DNA of 64,000 nt. Origin: Candidatus Woesearchaeota archaeon (lineage in GTDB: Archaea; Nanobdellota; Nanobdellia; Woesearchaeales; JASKKU01). The stretch lies in the NCBI GenBank assembly GCA_030154045.1, contig JASKKU010000002.1:7663-71662 (forward strand), in the 5' to 3' direction. Position 1 is the first letter of the stretch. Each line of letters opens with the position of its first letter. The notes below the pieces were generated by a model. That model had not been told where the DNA came from. It saw only the letters and a list, made by a program, of their open reading frames with translations, and made no database searches. Below are positions 1 to 9,464 of the stretch, piece after piece. The translations under genes and the position numbers were made by a program.

Positions 1-56
1 TTTGAATTTTGCATAAATAAATAGAAAAACTTGTAGGTTTAAAAGGTTTTGATATC

Positions 57-509
57 TTACTCTTTGTTTGAAACAATCATCTCTTGTAATCTTTTTAACT
101 CTTCAAAATTGGCTTGCGGTCCTAGTTTTGAGGTCAAATAACCAGCATATCTGTCAAACCACACCCTTTCAATGCTTATTATCTCCTCAAATTCTTTATT
201 TAAATCGTGCATTGGATACAACTTAATATGTGCGTGATTAACTCCTGTTCCTTCAAATATCAAACCAACTCTTTTAACATTCAAAGCCTTTTTTAGTAAG
301 TTGCTAACTTCCTTGGCTGCTAAAAACATCCTTGAAAAAACTTCATTGTCAAGTTTTAATAAATCAGAGTCATAATGCTGTTTAGATATCACTAAAGTTT
401 GGCCTTTACAATTGGGATTTATATCCAAAATTGCAATGAACTCATCATTTTCCCAAATCTTAAAGCTTGGGATCTCCTGATTTGCAATCTTACAAAATAT
501 GCAGTCCAT
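57..509 (-). CDS. HIT-family (histidine triad) nucleotide hydrolase
   Basis: The N-terminus reads MDCIFCKI..IPSFKIWENDEFIAILDINP. A GVNHAHIKLYP stretch resembles the HxHxH triad. The 150 aa length fits the HIT family. Confidence 0.7.
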   Translation of the reverse strand: MDCIFCKIANQEIPSFKIWENDEFIAILDINPNCKGQTLVISKQHYDSDLLKLDNEVFSRMFLAAKEVSNLLKKALNVKRVGLIFEGTGVNHAHIKLYPMHDLNKEFEEIISIERVWFDRYAGYLTSKLGPQANFEELKRLQEMIVSNKE

Positions 510-554
510 TTAGAACACCTCCTATAAGAATAAAAATTTTAAAAAATTAAAAAT

Positions 555-1073
555 TTATTCGTGCAGCCTTGCTGAAAGCACTGTTATTGATGAGATTGAT
601 AAACCAATACCAACAATCTTTGCGAAAAATCCTACAATCGGATAGAACGCAATCAGCGCCATCACCATGTTAATTGCACTATATGTAATTGTCCTATTAT
701 TCTCTACTAATGAGATTACAAAGTTGACAAAAGTTAATGGCAGCACACAGTAATAGCCTAAGACCTCATAGTTATATCCAAAAAGACCTAAGAAGAACCC
801 TGCAGCAACTATGAACTCTAGAATAAACTGCAACAAGTTCATATAGTTTATAACTAGTTTCTTTGGTTTATACACTTCTTTCTTAATCTCAACTTTTCTA
901 ACTGGTTTTTTTGTAGATTTAGTTTTTGCTTTCTTGCTTACTTTTGGTTTCGTTACTTTAGTCTCTACAGCCTTTTTTGTTTTCGGCTTAGCTTTCGCGG
1001 TTTTCTTGGTTGTGCTTTTTTTAGCAGCTTTTTTAGAACTATTAATCTTTTTACTTGTTTTTTTAGCAGACAT
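555..1073 (-). CDS. hypothetical protein with a histone-H1-like lysine-rich N-terminal tail fused to a C-terminal polytopic membrane domain
   Basis: The first ~75 aa are K/A/T/P-rich (KKTAKAKPKTKKAVETKVTKPKVSKK). About four hydrophobic helices follow. Confidence 0.3.
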   Translation of the reverse strand: MSAKKTSKKINSSKKAAKKSTTKKTAKAKPKTKKAVETKVTKPKVSKKAKTKSTKKPVRKVEIKKEVYKPKKLVINYMNLLQFILEFIVAAGFFLGLFGYNYEVLGYYCVLPLTFVNFVISLVENNRTITYSAINMVMALIAFYPIVGFFAKIVGIGLSISSITVLSARLHE

Positions 1074-1159
1074 TTTGTCTTTTTAATGCATTACATTTAT
1101 TTAAATATTTCTTTTAGTTATTTTCTTTTTTAATTAATTTCCAAACACCCTTTTTAAGA

Positions 1160-1639
1160 TTAATCTTTTTTGTCTTTTGAAAACGCCTGATTGATTATTA
1201 GCAAAAACAAACCTATGGAAATCATCGCATCAGCCAAATTGAAAAAAGGTACGCCCAACACACTGATAAAATCAATAACTCTGCTATAAATTATTCTGTC
1301 TATAAGATTTCCAATCGAACCGCTAAGAATCAAAACAAAACTCCAAAAAATGGCTTTATTAGAGTTAAAGATTCTTTTTAGATTAATTAAAATTGCTCCG
1401 ATAACCAATATAGGAACAACAAGAAGTATTCCTTTAAAGCCACTTAACAATCCAAAAGCCGCGCCAGGGTTTTGGACAACTTTTATTTTTAGTATGCTTA
1501 TCTTATCAAGACTAAATTCAAATAAAGGATTTAATCTAAAAAAAAGAAGTTTTAAAACTTGATCTGCAAGAACTAAAATTGCGCTTAGACTTAAAAACAA
1601 AACACCTTTTTTCTTACTTTTATTAAAATCTGCGGCCAT
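1160..1639 (-). CDS. lspA: lipoprotein signal peptidase II
   Basis: Three LspA signature blocks are present: NPGAAFGLLSG, GNLIDRIIYSRVIDFI and FNLADAMISIG. The 159 aa length and four TM helices fit. Confidence 0.75.
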   Translation of the reverse strand: MAADFNKSKKKGVLFLSLSAILVLADQVLKLLFFRLNPLFEFSLDKISILKIKVVQNPGAAFGLLSGFKGILLVVPILVIGAILINLKRIFNSNKAIFWSFVLILSGSIGNLIDRIIYSRVIDFISVLGVPFFNLADAMISIGLFLLIINQAFSKDKKD

Positions 1640-2048
1640 TTTGTTGGTTCTCTAGCGTATAAAGTCTCTGATTAATATTTTCAAGCAATACTTTAAGGGT
1701 TTCAATCTTTGAACTGATAACTTCAAGCTCTTTTTCTATTCGTAATAACTCTGGGTCGTTATATCTTTTTTGTTCTCTTGCAAAGTTGTTGCTTTGAATC
1801 TGACTTTGAACCTGATTAAAAGGATTCATGCTTTCATTATATCCTTGATTTTGTGTTGTAAATGTATTAGACTCAAAGTTACTGTTTTGATTTAGGATAT
1901 CTGAGTTTAATTCATTATCTATTCCAATTCTGTCTTTTGTTAATTGGTCTTCTTGCAAAGTTTTATTTTCATTGTTTAAATCATCAAACTTGTATTTTTC
2001 CAACCCTTTCTTTTTCTTTGAACCAAAGATATTTCCTAGAAAACTCAT
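1623..2048 (-). CDS. hypothetical Q/N-rich protein with a C-terminal coiled coil
   Basis: This is an ORF of low-complexity Q/N/S composition. Its stop overlaps the lspA start. Confidence 0.3.
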   Translation of the reverse strand: MSFLGNIFGSKKKKGLEKYKFDDLNNENKTLQEDQLTKDRIGIDNELNSDILNQNSNFESNTFTTQNQGYNESMNPFNQVQSQIQSNNFAREQKRYNDPELLRIEKELEVISSKIETLKVLLENINQRLYTLENQQNGRRF

Positions 2049-2644
2049 ATTTTCACCAAGTTTATGATCTTTGAAAACAAACTGCTTTTGTTTTTTAAAT
2101 TTTCACTTTTGTTATTTTTTAGTTTTATGACTTGTTTGTTTAAAAAATCAATCTTTGTTTTTGGATACACTTTCAAATCTCCTAAAACATACATCGTCGT
2201 TAATCTAAACAGACTAGTCTTATTGATATTCTCCCTGATAATAGAACAAACTTCTTGATTATTTAACTTAGTATCTTCATCTTGTTGCATCAAGCTGGAA
2301 TTAAACAAATTACTTTCTAAGTTAATCACAACTATCGGGATTTTTCCTTTTATACTTGAAATATTTTCAGGGTCAAAACTTTCATTACTCAAACTATAAT
2401 TCTCATTATAACATAGAATTGAAGATTTAGTTGAGTCTGCCTTTTCAAGGATAAACCCAATCTCATTTCCAATAATCCCTGTTAAATTGTTTTGAATAAA
2501 AAAAATGTTTAAAATGTAAAACACAATAAGTAATCCTATGCTAAATAATGCGAGTTTTACAACAAATCTTATGACTTTGCTGATCAAGTAAAGAAACAAT
2601 ACAATTATACAGATTACAATGATTAGTTGAGTTATAGGGGTCAT
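2045..2644 (-). CDS. hypothetical membrane-anchored protein
   Basis: It has an N-terminal TM helix (ITQLIIVICIIVLFLYLI) and a second one (LALFSIGLLIVFYIL). Its stop overlaps the next gene (ATGA). Confidence 0.3.
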   Translation of the reverse strand: MTPITQLIIVICIIVLFLYLISKVIRFVVKLALFSIGLLIVFYILNIFFIQNNLTGIIGNEIGFILEKADSTKSSILCYNENYSLSNESFDPENISSIKGKIPIVVINLESNLFNSSLMQQDEDTKLNNQEVCSIIRENINKTSLFRLTTMYVLGDLKVYPKTKIDFLNKQVIKLKNNKSENLKNKSSLFSKIINLVKI

Positions 2645-2645
2645 T

Positions 2646-3416
2646 TTAGATTAATGTTTTTATTCTTTGATGGAAGATTTGAAAGAACAGGTATATACCC
2701 ATAGGTAAAAACCACATCAAAAGTATTGCACTTGCGCTTTGCCATTTCTTTATTTTGAATGCTGAACTTAAAGCCCAGGTCTGAAAAATAAAAGCATACA
2801 TACCTATGACAAAGGTCGTTATTAAGAGTGGAGAACCTTTGAGATAAAGCAGAGGTATGAAAAATAATAGCGCGTAACTGTTAACTATAGCAATCTCTCT
2901 TGTTTTATTCTCTCCAGAGAACAAGAAGAAAAACAATTGTTGTACATATGCAATTAATTGTATTGCAATGTATAATAAAAACGGCGAAATTATTGCTACT
3001 ACACCCGCATAAGGTGCAATTTCTACCTTGGAGGTATCCCAAAACAAAATAGCTCCTGCTAAGGCTATAGCAAAAACAGAATACAAGACAAATAATCTTT
3101 TGGTGCTTGTAACAAAATAGGCTTTTCTTAGACTTTCTTTGTTAAAGAACAATAATCCAAAGAAAGTTTTTAAAGAATCAAAAGCAATCTTAAGGTAATT
3201 CTGTCCATAACTTTTGTCAAAGTCCTCTGATACATCCTTGTCCATCTTTTTCTGATACTCTTCTATGCCTCTAGCTAAATCATCGTGAACACCGTAAGTT
3301 ATCTCTTTTGTAGTCTCTTTCTCTTTTTCTATCTGTTTTATAAACTCCTCTTTTTGTTTTAGGAACTCTTCAAAATCCTTAAATTCGTTGGACATAACTT
3401 CTTTTTGTTTTTTCAC
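2646..3416 (-). CDS. hypothetical polytopic membrane protein
   Basis: A charged, coiled N-terminus is followed by about five predicted TM helices. No motif was recognised. Confidence 0.35.
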   Translation of the reverse strand: MKKQKEVMSNEFKDFEEFLKQKEEFIKQIEKEKETTKEITYGVHDDLARGIEEYQKKMDKDVSEDFDKSYGQNYLKIAFDSLKTFFGLLFFNKESLRKAYFVTSTKRLFVLYSVFAIALAGAILFWDTSKVEIAPYAGVVAIISPFLLYIAIQLIAYVQQLFFFLFSGENKTREIAIVNSYALLFFIPLLYLKGSPLLITTFVIGMYAFIFQTWALSSAFKIKKWQSASAILLMWFLPMGIYLFFQIFHQRIKTLI

Positions 3417-3462
3417 ATTTAAAACTTTTTTCGTTTATTAATCAGTAGATTCAAAGAAAAAT

Positions 3463-4695
3463 TTATTTCAAAAAAGACTTTAACTGTCTTTGAGAATTGA
3501 TTTCTTGGAGCAATTTACTTCGTTTTAATAAGCTGTTTAAGTTTGTACTGAAATATTTTAAAGCGTATTTCTTGGCAAACTCAAGGGCTAATTCGTTTGA
3601 AGAAAACCTTAATGGTTTTGTGTTTAGAACTTTTTTCACAGTTTCCCTAACCACCCACACACCTAAAGGAGCCCAATACTCCTTTGTAATGAACCGAATT
3701 AGCAGAACACTAGCTTGCTTTTTCTTGTCTTCTAAATGTTGTAAAAGAGATAGCCTTGCAGCATAATAACCGCCAGCCGTTTCTTTAGCATATTCTTTTC
3801 TTCCAAAAGAACTCTCATAATTTGTAGTATATCTTAACGGTTCTCTATTTGCAGAGAAATTTGATTCAAAAACAGGGATTTCAAACAATTCATACTTAAA
3901 AGTTCCTGGCAAAAAGATTGCGAGAAAGTAATTCCCATAATCTCCACTTACATAAACTTCAGGCTCTTCAATTTGGTTATACTTTAAAACATTTGATATA
4001 AGGTTTCTGCTAGTAATATCATCAACAGCAGTAATTGACCATCTCGTTGGTACAAACTTTGAGTTAATTCTATTTCCAAGTAATCCTGTTGAGAACACTT
4101 TTGTGATGTAGTAAACATCAAATCTTCTGCTTAATTTGCTAACAGCTTCATGAGCTTTTAATTCATCGTTAGCTATTTTTTCAACACTATGTGGAATCTT
4201 AGGATTGCTTACAATCCTTACATTTTCCATCTTTGCATTGGGACCAAAAGGTGTTATGGTTTGGTCAAAGTTCAAGTTAAATTTTGGTGCATGCCTAAAC
4301 TTAACTTCTGTTTCAACAGGTTTTTTTGAAAGAGAAATTTCCTTAAAAGAATCAAACAATTTATTCCGTTTTCTACTAGCCAAAGCATTCGTTTTAACAT
4401 AAGAATTAACTAACTGGACTCTTTTCTTAATCACTTCTTTTATAGGCAAGCTCTCTTTGCTCCATTGTTTTGGTTCGTCATGTTTGTCATATTTTTCTAC
4501 AGATAAAGAACCAACATTGATGTTTGGATAATTAAACCTGCTTACAAAGACATTTGGCGATTCTCCAAAGAACTCTTTTTTGTTTGTAGAAATTTTTTGC
4601 TGAAACCCCTTTTTGTAATAAATCTTAGCTTGTATTGGGCAATACTTTCGTCCACAATACAATCTTCCTTTACAGAATACACAATCAATATCCAT
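3463..4695 (-). CDS. NreA-family (archaeal Nre) DNA repair-associated protein
   Basis: The N-terminal zinc motif reads MDIDCVFCKGRLYCGRKYCPIQAKI, followed by FGESPNVFVSRFNYPNINVG. The 410 aa length fits the archaeal Nre family. Confidence 0.6.
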   Translation of the reverse strand: MDIDCVFCKGRLYCGRKYCPIQAKIYYKKGFQQKISTNKKEFFGESPNVFVSRFNYPNINVGSLSVEKYDKHDEPKQWSKESLPIKEVIKKRVQLVNSYVKTNALASRKRNKLFDSFKEISLSKKPVETEVKFRHAPKFNLNFDQTITPFGPNAKMENVRIVSNPKIPHSVEKIANDELKAHEAVSKLSRRFDVYYITKVFSTGLLGNRINSKFVPTRWSITAVDDITSRNLISNVLKYNQIEEPEVYVSGDYGNYFLAIFLPGTFKYELFEIPVFESNFSANREPLRYTTNYESSFGRKEYAKETAGGYYAARLSLLQHLEDKKKQASVLLIRFITKEYWAPLGVWVVRETVKKVLNTKPLRFSSNELALEFAKKYALKYFSTNLNSLLKRSKLLQEINSQRQLKSFLK

Positions 4696-4792
4696 TTTAA
4701 GGAAACGATGCTTTTTCTAAAAAGTATTATTTGCTAAATAGTATTATCCGGATTTACTTAAATTTGATGTTTTCTTAAGTTTATAATCTCTC

Positions 4793-5545
4793 TTAGAAAA
4801 ATTCGAATTCGGTTGATATGATGCTGTCTGCAATCTTCAAATAATCTTTAGCAGCTCTGGATTTTTTATCAATTTCCAAAATACTTTTACCTTGTTTAGC
4901 CATATCTTTAACAATTGCATTTACCCTTACAGGGTTCATAACAACTCCATTGAACCCTTTCTTAATTTCATCTAAACTTTCTTTTGAAATCTTGCTTCTT
5001 TGGTCAAACATTGTTGGAATTATTGCACTAATGTTTACAGGGTGTTTGAATAAAGAATTTATTTCGTCTATTAACTTAACAACTTTTCTTAGGCCCGTTA
5101 TTCCTAAATAATCTGTAGAAACAGGAATAAAAACTTCATTCGCATAAAGTAATGCGTTGTAATTTAGCAAAGTGTTTGATGGTGGACAATCAATTAATAC
5201 GAAGTCATAATTGAAAACAGGTTCAAACTTTCGTTTAAGAACGGTTTCCCTGCCTGGCAACCCTGCCAATATGAGTTCTGCCTTGTCCAAATTTTTTGAT
5301 GGAATCACATCTATGTTTTCTTTATAATTTACAATACATTCTGAAACGTGCGTTTCTTCATTCACTAACAAATCATACATTGTTTTTTGAGAACTTACGC
5401 AAAGCATTAAAGTTAAGTTAGCCTGAGGGTCTAAATCCACCAGAAGAACTCTTTTATCTTTTAACGCAAGGGCAAAAGCCAGGTTGACTGTTGTTGTAGT
5501 TTTTCCGACACCACCTTTTAAGTTAACAACAGCAATTTTCCTCAT
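4793..5545 (-). CDS. parA: ParA/Soj/MinD-family partition ATPase
   Basis: A deviant Walker A motif (KIAVVNLKGGVGKTTTTVNLA) is present, the length is 250 aa, and DLDPQANLT follows. Confidence 0.8.
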   Translation of the reverse strand: MRKIAVVNLKGGVGKTTTTVNLAFALALKDKRVLLVDLDPQANLTLMLCVSSQKTMYDLLVNEETHVSECIVNYKENIDVIPSKNLDKAELILAGLPGRETVLKRKFEPVFNYDFVLIDCPPSNTLLNYNALLYANEVFIPVSTDYLGITGLRKVVKLIDEINSLFKHPVNISAIIPTMFDQRSKISKESLDEIKKGFNGVVMNPVRVNAIVKDMAKQGKSILEIDKKSRAAKDYLKIADSIISTEFEFF

Positions 5546-5628
5546 TGTTCAGTGAGGAAGAAAGTAACAATATATAAATTTTTTTTTAAAAGAAATGAAA
5601 GAATAAACAAAAAAAAAATAGAATTTTC

Positions 5629-5859
5629 TTAAAGAAGTTTTATGTTCTCTGCATCTTTTGGAACAGCAACATACTTAATTCTCTTCTTAGCAGATTCCTT
5701 TCTGCTTGGTAAATATGAAATCTTCACGACCTTTTTTCCGTTTTGTGTCATAGGTTTGCTGCTCTCAAGAGTTACTTTTATAGCTCTGTCAGGTACCAAA
5801 ACTTGTTTAGCTCTTCTTTTTCCGTTTAAAGTATATTTTAACATTTTTTTCTTTGCCAT
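5629..5859 (-). CDS. small basic protein (76 aa), possibly a DNA- or RNA-binding partner of ParA or a ribosomal-type protein
   Basis: It is K/R-rich and sits directly upstream of parA on the same strand. No diagnostic motif was recognised. Confidence 0.3.
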   Translation of the reverse strand: MAKKKMLKYTLNGKRRAKQVLVPDRAIKVTLESSKPMTQNGKKVVKISYLPSRKESAKKRIKYVAVPKDAENIKLL

Positions 5860-5973
5860 TTTACCACCACAATATATGTTTTATAATCTTTATTTTTGGA
5901 AGACTATTATTTAAAATTTTCGTTTTTCAACTTGTTCTTGAATATTCTTTTTTAAAATCTCAGAGAAAAAGAT

Positions 5974-6255
5974 TCAATCTAACCCCATTGTTTCCTTGAA
6001 AGACTTTACTTTTAGCAGACGGTCCAGAAACTCTCTGCCTTTATCTGTGATTATTATGTATTGGTGGTTGTTACGATTAACAAAATCAATGTAATCTTGG
6101 TTGATCAAATCCTCTAAGTATTGATTCATTAGTTTGTATGATAAGTTTGCTTTAGTCATTAATTGAGTTCGTTTTATCCTACCACTCCGATTTAATACAA
6201 TTAGCATTATATCATTAAGAATTTCTTCTCTAGTTCGTTTATGCTTAACTTTCAT
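5974..6255 (-). CDS. winged-helix transcriptional regulator (archaeal type)
   Basis: This 93 aa protein has a helix-turn-helix-like core (RTQLMTKANLSYKLMNQYLEDLINQDYI) and a wing (IIITDKGREFL). Confidence 0.4.
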   Translation of the reverse strand: MKVKHKRTREEILNDIMLIVLNRSGRIKRTQLMTKANLSYKLMNQYLEDLINQDYIDFVNRNNHQYIIITDKGREFLDRLLKVKSFKETMGLD

Positions 6256-6968
6256 TTTTTTGTTTTTTCCAAATTTTTAATCCTTGAACCAAATAAAGAG
6301 TTTGCAAATGCAAACATAAAAAATATGAAAGCTATTAATTCAAGCACCATTGCACTTACATAGAATCCTGAAGATAATATTAATAGGAGCAAATTACTCA
6401 TTGCTAAACAAACTAACGCAAGGAACATTGATTTTTGTCCAAGGGTTTTGAGCTTTGTTTTCTTAAGATAAAAATAACTGATTTCTCCAATTAATATGGC
6501 GCTTGTAAGATGAAATATCATTGGTTTGAGTGAAGATACATATGTCACAATCGTTATTAGGTAAACCAAGAGGAATACATGCTTTTTTTCCTCACTTCTG
6601 GTTATTAAGAAATAAAGACTAATTAATCCTAGGAGAAATAATATTCTTGTTACGAATTCTATTAAAAATAAAGACTGAATTATTGCAACACTTGTATATC
6701 TGATATAAACGCTTCCAACAGATATACTCTTTTCAACAGGAAAATACAGATTCAAATTTTTAAATACCTTCAAAAAATAGGATAATGCTATAAGTAAAAA
6801 CGAAATAAACAACCATTTCGTTTTTTTATCTGAAGTGATCTTGGTCGCTTTGTACGCAAATAATGCGATTAACAAAAAAACAATAACTCCAAAGTATTCA
6901 AATATGCAGTCAAATCCTCTAAACCATGGTGGCGAGAGTATCAGGGAGAACATCATTTTATATTTCAA
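6252..6968 (-). CDS. hypothetical polytopic membrane protein
   Basis: About six or seven hydrophobic helices are predicted. Its stop overlaps the upstream regulator gene. Confidence 0.35.
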   Translation of the reverse strand: MKYKMMFSLILSPPWFRGFDCIFEYFGVIVFLLIALFAYKATKITSDKKTKWLFISFLLIALSYFLKVFKNLNLYFPVEKSISVGSVYIRYTSVAIIQSLFLIEFVTRILFLLGLISLYFLITRSEEKKHVFLLVYLITIVTYVSSLKPMIFHLTSAILIGEISYFYLKKTKLKTLGQKSMFLALVCLAMSNLLLLILSSGFYVSAMVLELIAFIFFMFAFANSLFGSRIKNLEKTKK

Positions 6969-7048
6969 AACGAATTTATGCTATAAAAAACTTATGAAAC
7001 ATTACCTAAGTTAGCGTATAATGGTTTGTAAAGGAGAACGATTTTGAG

Positions 7049-7684
7049 TTACAACAACTCTGCTCTTTTCTTTTTTATCAGCACTTCAGCAATTTTTTTA
7101 GGCAGTTTTACAATATCATCTTCTATAAACGGCCCATATATCTTAAGGTCTGGCCCAATGAATTTAGGAACAGGGTTTAGAATTCTCACCATAAGAAACT
7201 TTTCTTCTTCAACATTCTCTTGCGCTTCTGCGCTTGTTTGAACATCAGGATGATATTTTACCTTTGAGAAGGTCATTAAATTCTCAATAACTCCTGAATG
7301 ATATGCTTGAAGGCTTTTTAAAAAATTCTCAAAAAGTAGCTTTTCTTCATCAAGCATGTTTTCAACATCAGAACTGTGGCTTTTTGTTTTGACTGAAATA
7401 ATTGCTAAGTCACTTATCTTTTTTATTCTCCTCTCAATAATTTCTTTAACAATGGCTTTTAAGTTGTTTAACTCTCTTAGACCTTTTTCTTTATCTGTGG
7501 ACACAAAGATATCTTCAGTATTATTCTTGAACAAGAATTCATACTTCTGTTTCATATACTTTAAAACATCATCAAAGAAAGTTTTTGGGAGTTTTTGTAA
7601 AGTTAGGTTCTTCTTTTCGCTCCTCAAAATATCAAAAAGGCTTTCATAAGTAATTGTTATCTCTTCATCTTTGTTGTTAGGCAT
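7049..7684 (-). CDS. GINS-like DNA replication complex subunit (Gins51/Gins15-like A-domain)
   Basis: The N-terminal region (ESLFDILRSEKKNLTLQKLPKTFFDDVLKYMKQ..LRELNNLKAIVKEIIERRIKK) matches the pattern of the archaeal Gins51 A-domain helix bundle. Length is 211 aa. Confidence 0.4.
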   Translation of the reverse strand: MPNNKDEEITITYESLFDILRSEKKNLTLQKLPKTFFDDVLKYMKQKYEFLFKNNTEDIFVSTDKEKGLRELNNLKAIVKEIIERRIKKISDLAIISVKTKSHSSDVENMLDEEKLLFENFLKSLQAYHSGVIENLMTFSKVKYHPDVQTSAEAQENVEEEKFLMVRILNPVPKFIGPDLKIYGPFIEDDIVKLPKKIAEVLIKKKRAELL

Positions 7685-7784
7685 ACTTATTTAGTAGTAA
7701 CTGTTGTTTTTTAAGTTTTTTATTTTTGCATTGAAAACTTTTGATTAAAAGAACAAAAGAGATTATTTCAACCAGTTCTTTTGG

Positions 7785-8390
7785 TTACACATCAAGGATC
7801 TTGCCAAACTTGCCAACATTTATAACTCTAGTTTTGCCAATCTGCTCTTCTATACCAGCAGCCTCATGCACATGTGAGCATAAAACTAAATCTGGTTCGA
7901 ATTCCTTGATTATTTTTTCAAGAGCGGTACTTCCTTTAAAATACGTTGAAAAGTTCTCAATCTTTGAGCCAGCAGGATGTACATGACTCACAATAATCTT
8001 TTTAAGATTCTCTTTTGAGATTTTAGAAAGATTGTTTCTAAGCAATTCTAAAACACCATCCTCATGGAAGGGGAAAGGTCCTACATTTGCTCCACCAAGC
8101 CCAATGAACGCAATATTCTGATAAGTTACAACCTTGCCATGCAGGTCTTTAATATTGTATGTCTTACCTAAGAATTCAGCAGTGGCTTCAGATTCGTGGT
8201 TCCCTCTTACAAACATTACTTTTAAATTCCTTTTTAAGAATTCATAGAATGTTCCTGGAAAGAAAGTATCAAAGTGTGTTATGTCGCCGCAAACTAAAAC
8301 TAGCTCCACATTCTCTCTCTTGGCTTTTTCAGCAAGAGCTTTTGATAGAGAAACATCTCCATGGGTATCTCCAAAAGCTAAGATTTTCAT
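7785..8390 (-). CDS. calcineurin-like metallophosphoesterase
   Basis: The phosphoesterase motifs FGDTHGD, VCGDITHF, GNHE and GGANVG are present. Confidence 0.75.
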   Translation of the reverse strand: MKILAFGDTHGDVSLSKALAEKAKRENVELVLVCGDITHFDTFFPGTFYEFLKRNLKVMFVRGNHESEATAEFLGKTYNIKDLHGKVVTYQNIAFIGLGGANVGPFPFHEDGVLELLRNNLSKISKENLKKIIVSHVHPAGSKIENFSTYFKGSTALEKIIKEFEPDLVLCSHVHEAAGIEEQIGKTRVINVGKFGKILDV

Positions 8391-8401
8391 TTTAGAACAG
8401 T

Positions 8402-8977
8402 TTATCGCCTTAAAATTATTGGTTTGTTTTTTGATAAGTCTACAACAATAGACGGCTTCCTAAGCATAACGTCATGATGTATAAAATAGTGAATATTGTC
8501 AATATGCTCTTGTTCGAGGTCTTCTGGGCCTTCTATCAAAGTTCCTTCGCTTCTTGTAGCTGCCGTAGATACAAAGGGATAATTTAACTGTTTGATTATC
8601 CTTGAAAACCAATGATTTGGCAATCTTATACCAATCGTGTCCTTGCCATTATTCACGTGCTGAGACACTGCTTTTTTGTTTTTTAACTTAAGTACTAATG
8701 TATAAGGACCTGGCAATCTTTTTAGCCATTCTTCAGCTAATCTGTTTACTTCGCAATTTTCATAGACCCATTTTAAGTTAGGCACTATGATTGAGAAAGG
8801 GTTTGGACTCTTTTTTATCTCTCTTATTCGTTTTACTGGCTCATCTAAATTTGCAATTGCGCCAATTCCGAAGATTGTATCTGTAGGGTGTATAAACAGC
8901 TTCCCATTGAGCATTTCTTTTATAAATAAATGTGGTTTTAAATCGACTTCTTCTTTTGTAACAATTTGCATTTCCAA
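8402..8977 (-). CDS. tsaC: YrdC/Sua5-domain L-threonylcarbamoyladenylate synthase (t6A pathway)
   Basis: YrdC-like blocks are present: IHPTDTIFGIGAIA, KKSPNPFSIIV and PGPYTLVLKL. Length is 191 aa. Confidence 0.6.
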   Translation of the reverse strand: MEMQIVTKEEVDLKPHLFIKEMLNGKLFIHPTDTIFGIGAIANLDEPVKRIREIKKSPNPFSIIVPNLKWVYENCEVNRLAEEWLKRLPGPYTLVLKLKNKKAVSQHVNNGKDTIGIRLPNHWFSRIIKQLNYPFVSTAATRSEGTLIEGPEDLEQEHIDNIHYFIHHDVMLRKPSIVVDLSKNKPIILRR

Positions 8978-9095
8978 AAAGGAGTATTTTCGTTTCAGTT
9001 AAAAATTTTTCCAAATAATCTACATAAAAGTGAAAACTTTTCGTAAAAGTAGAACAAAACATTTAAATTTTTAAGATTTTTACAATTTCTTGAAA

Positions 9096-9374
9096 AGATG
9101 GCTAGCGCACTCTCGGGGTACTCCTGAGGAAAGTCCGCCCATCGCTTTAAAGGGGCCCTCGAAAGAGGGATGCTTAAAAGGCATAGCTCTTGGACAGAAA
9201 TAAAACCCCCTGGATTAAGGATGAGGTTTCCGAAGCTCTTAAAGAGCGAGATAACAAACCGACATTCTCCAGGGAAGGGTGAAACGCCAAGCTCCCCTGA
9301 TGCAAGGTTTAACCGCAAAGTTGAATGTGCGCACACTCTTTAAAGAGTGACAGAAGGCGGCTTATGGCCATCTT
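9096..9374 (+). ncRNA. rnpB: RNase P RNA (archaeal/bacterial type A-like)
   Basis: This is a GC-rich island in an AT-rich region. It carries CR-I-like GAGGAAAGTCCGCCC, CR-II-like AGGGTGAAACGCCAAGC and CR-IV-like ACAGAAGGCGGCTTATGGCC. The terminal P1 pairing is AGATGGC (9096-9102) with GCCATCT (9367-9373). Confidence 0.6.
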
Positions 9375-9464
9375 TTCGTTTATTTTTGTATTTTTAGAAA
9401 TTTTTTAGAACTTCTTTTGAGGAGTGACATACTTTTTTAAATTTCTTTTTCTTTTTTCACTTCG

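Noticed and set aside
1350-1562. A plus-strand 70-aa ORF
   Set aside because: It is antisense within lspA and has no independent support.
8841-9336. Two minus-strand ORFs (73 and 113 aa) in the six-frame track
   Set aside because: They lie antisense to and inside the RNase P RNA GC-rich island. Their sequences are low-complexity with no protein motif. They are almost certainly spurious.
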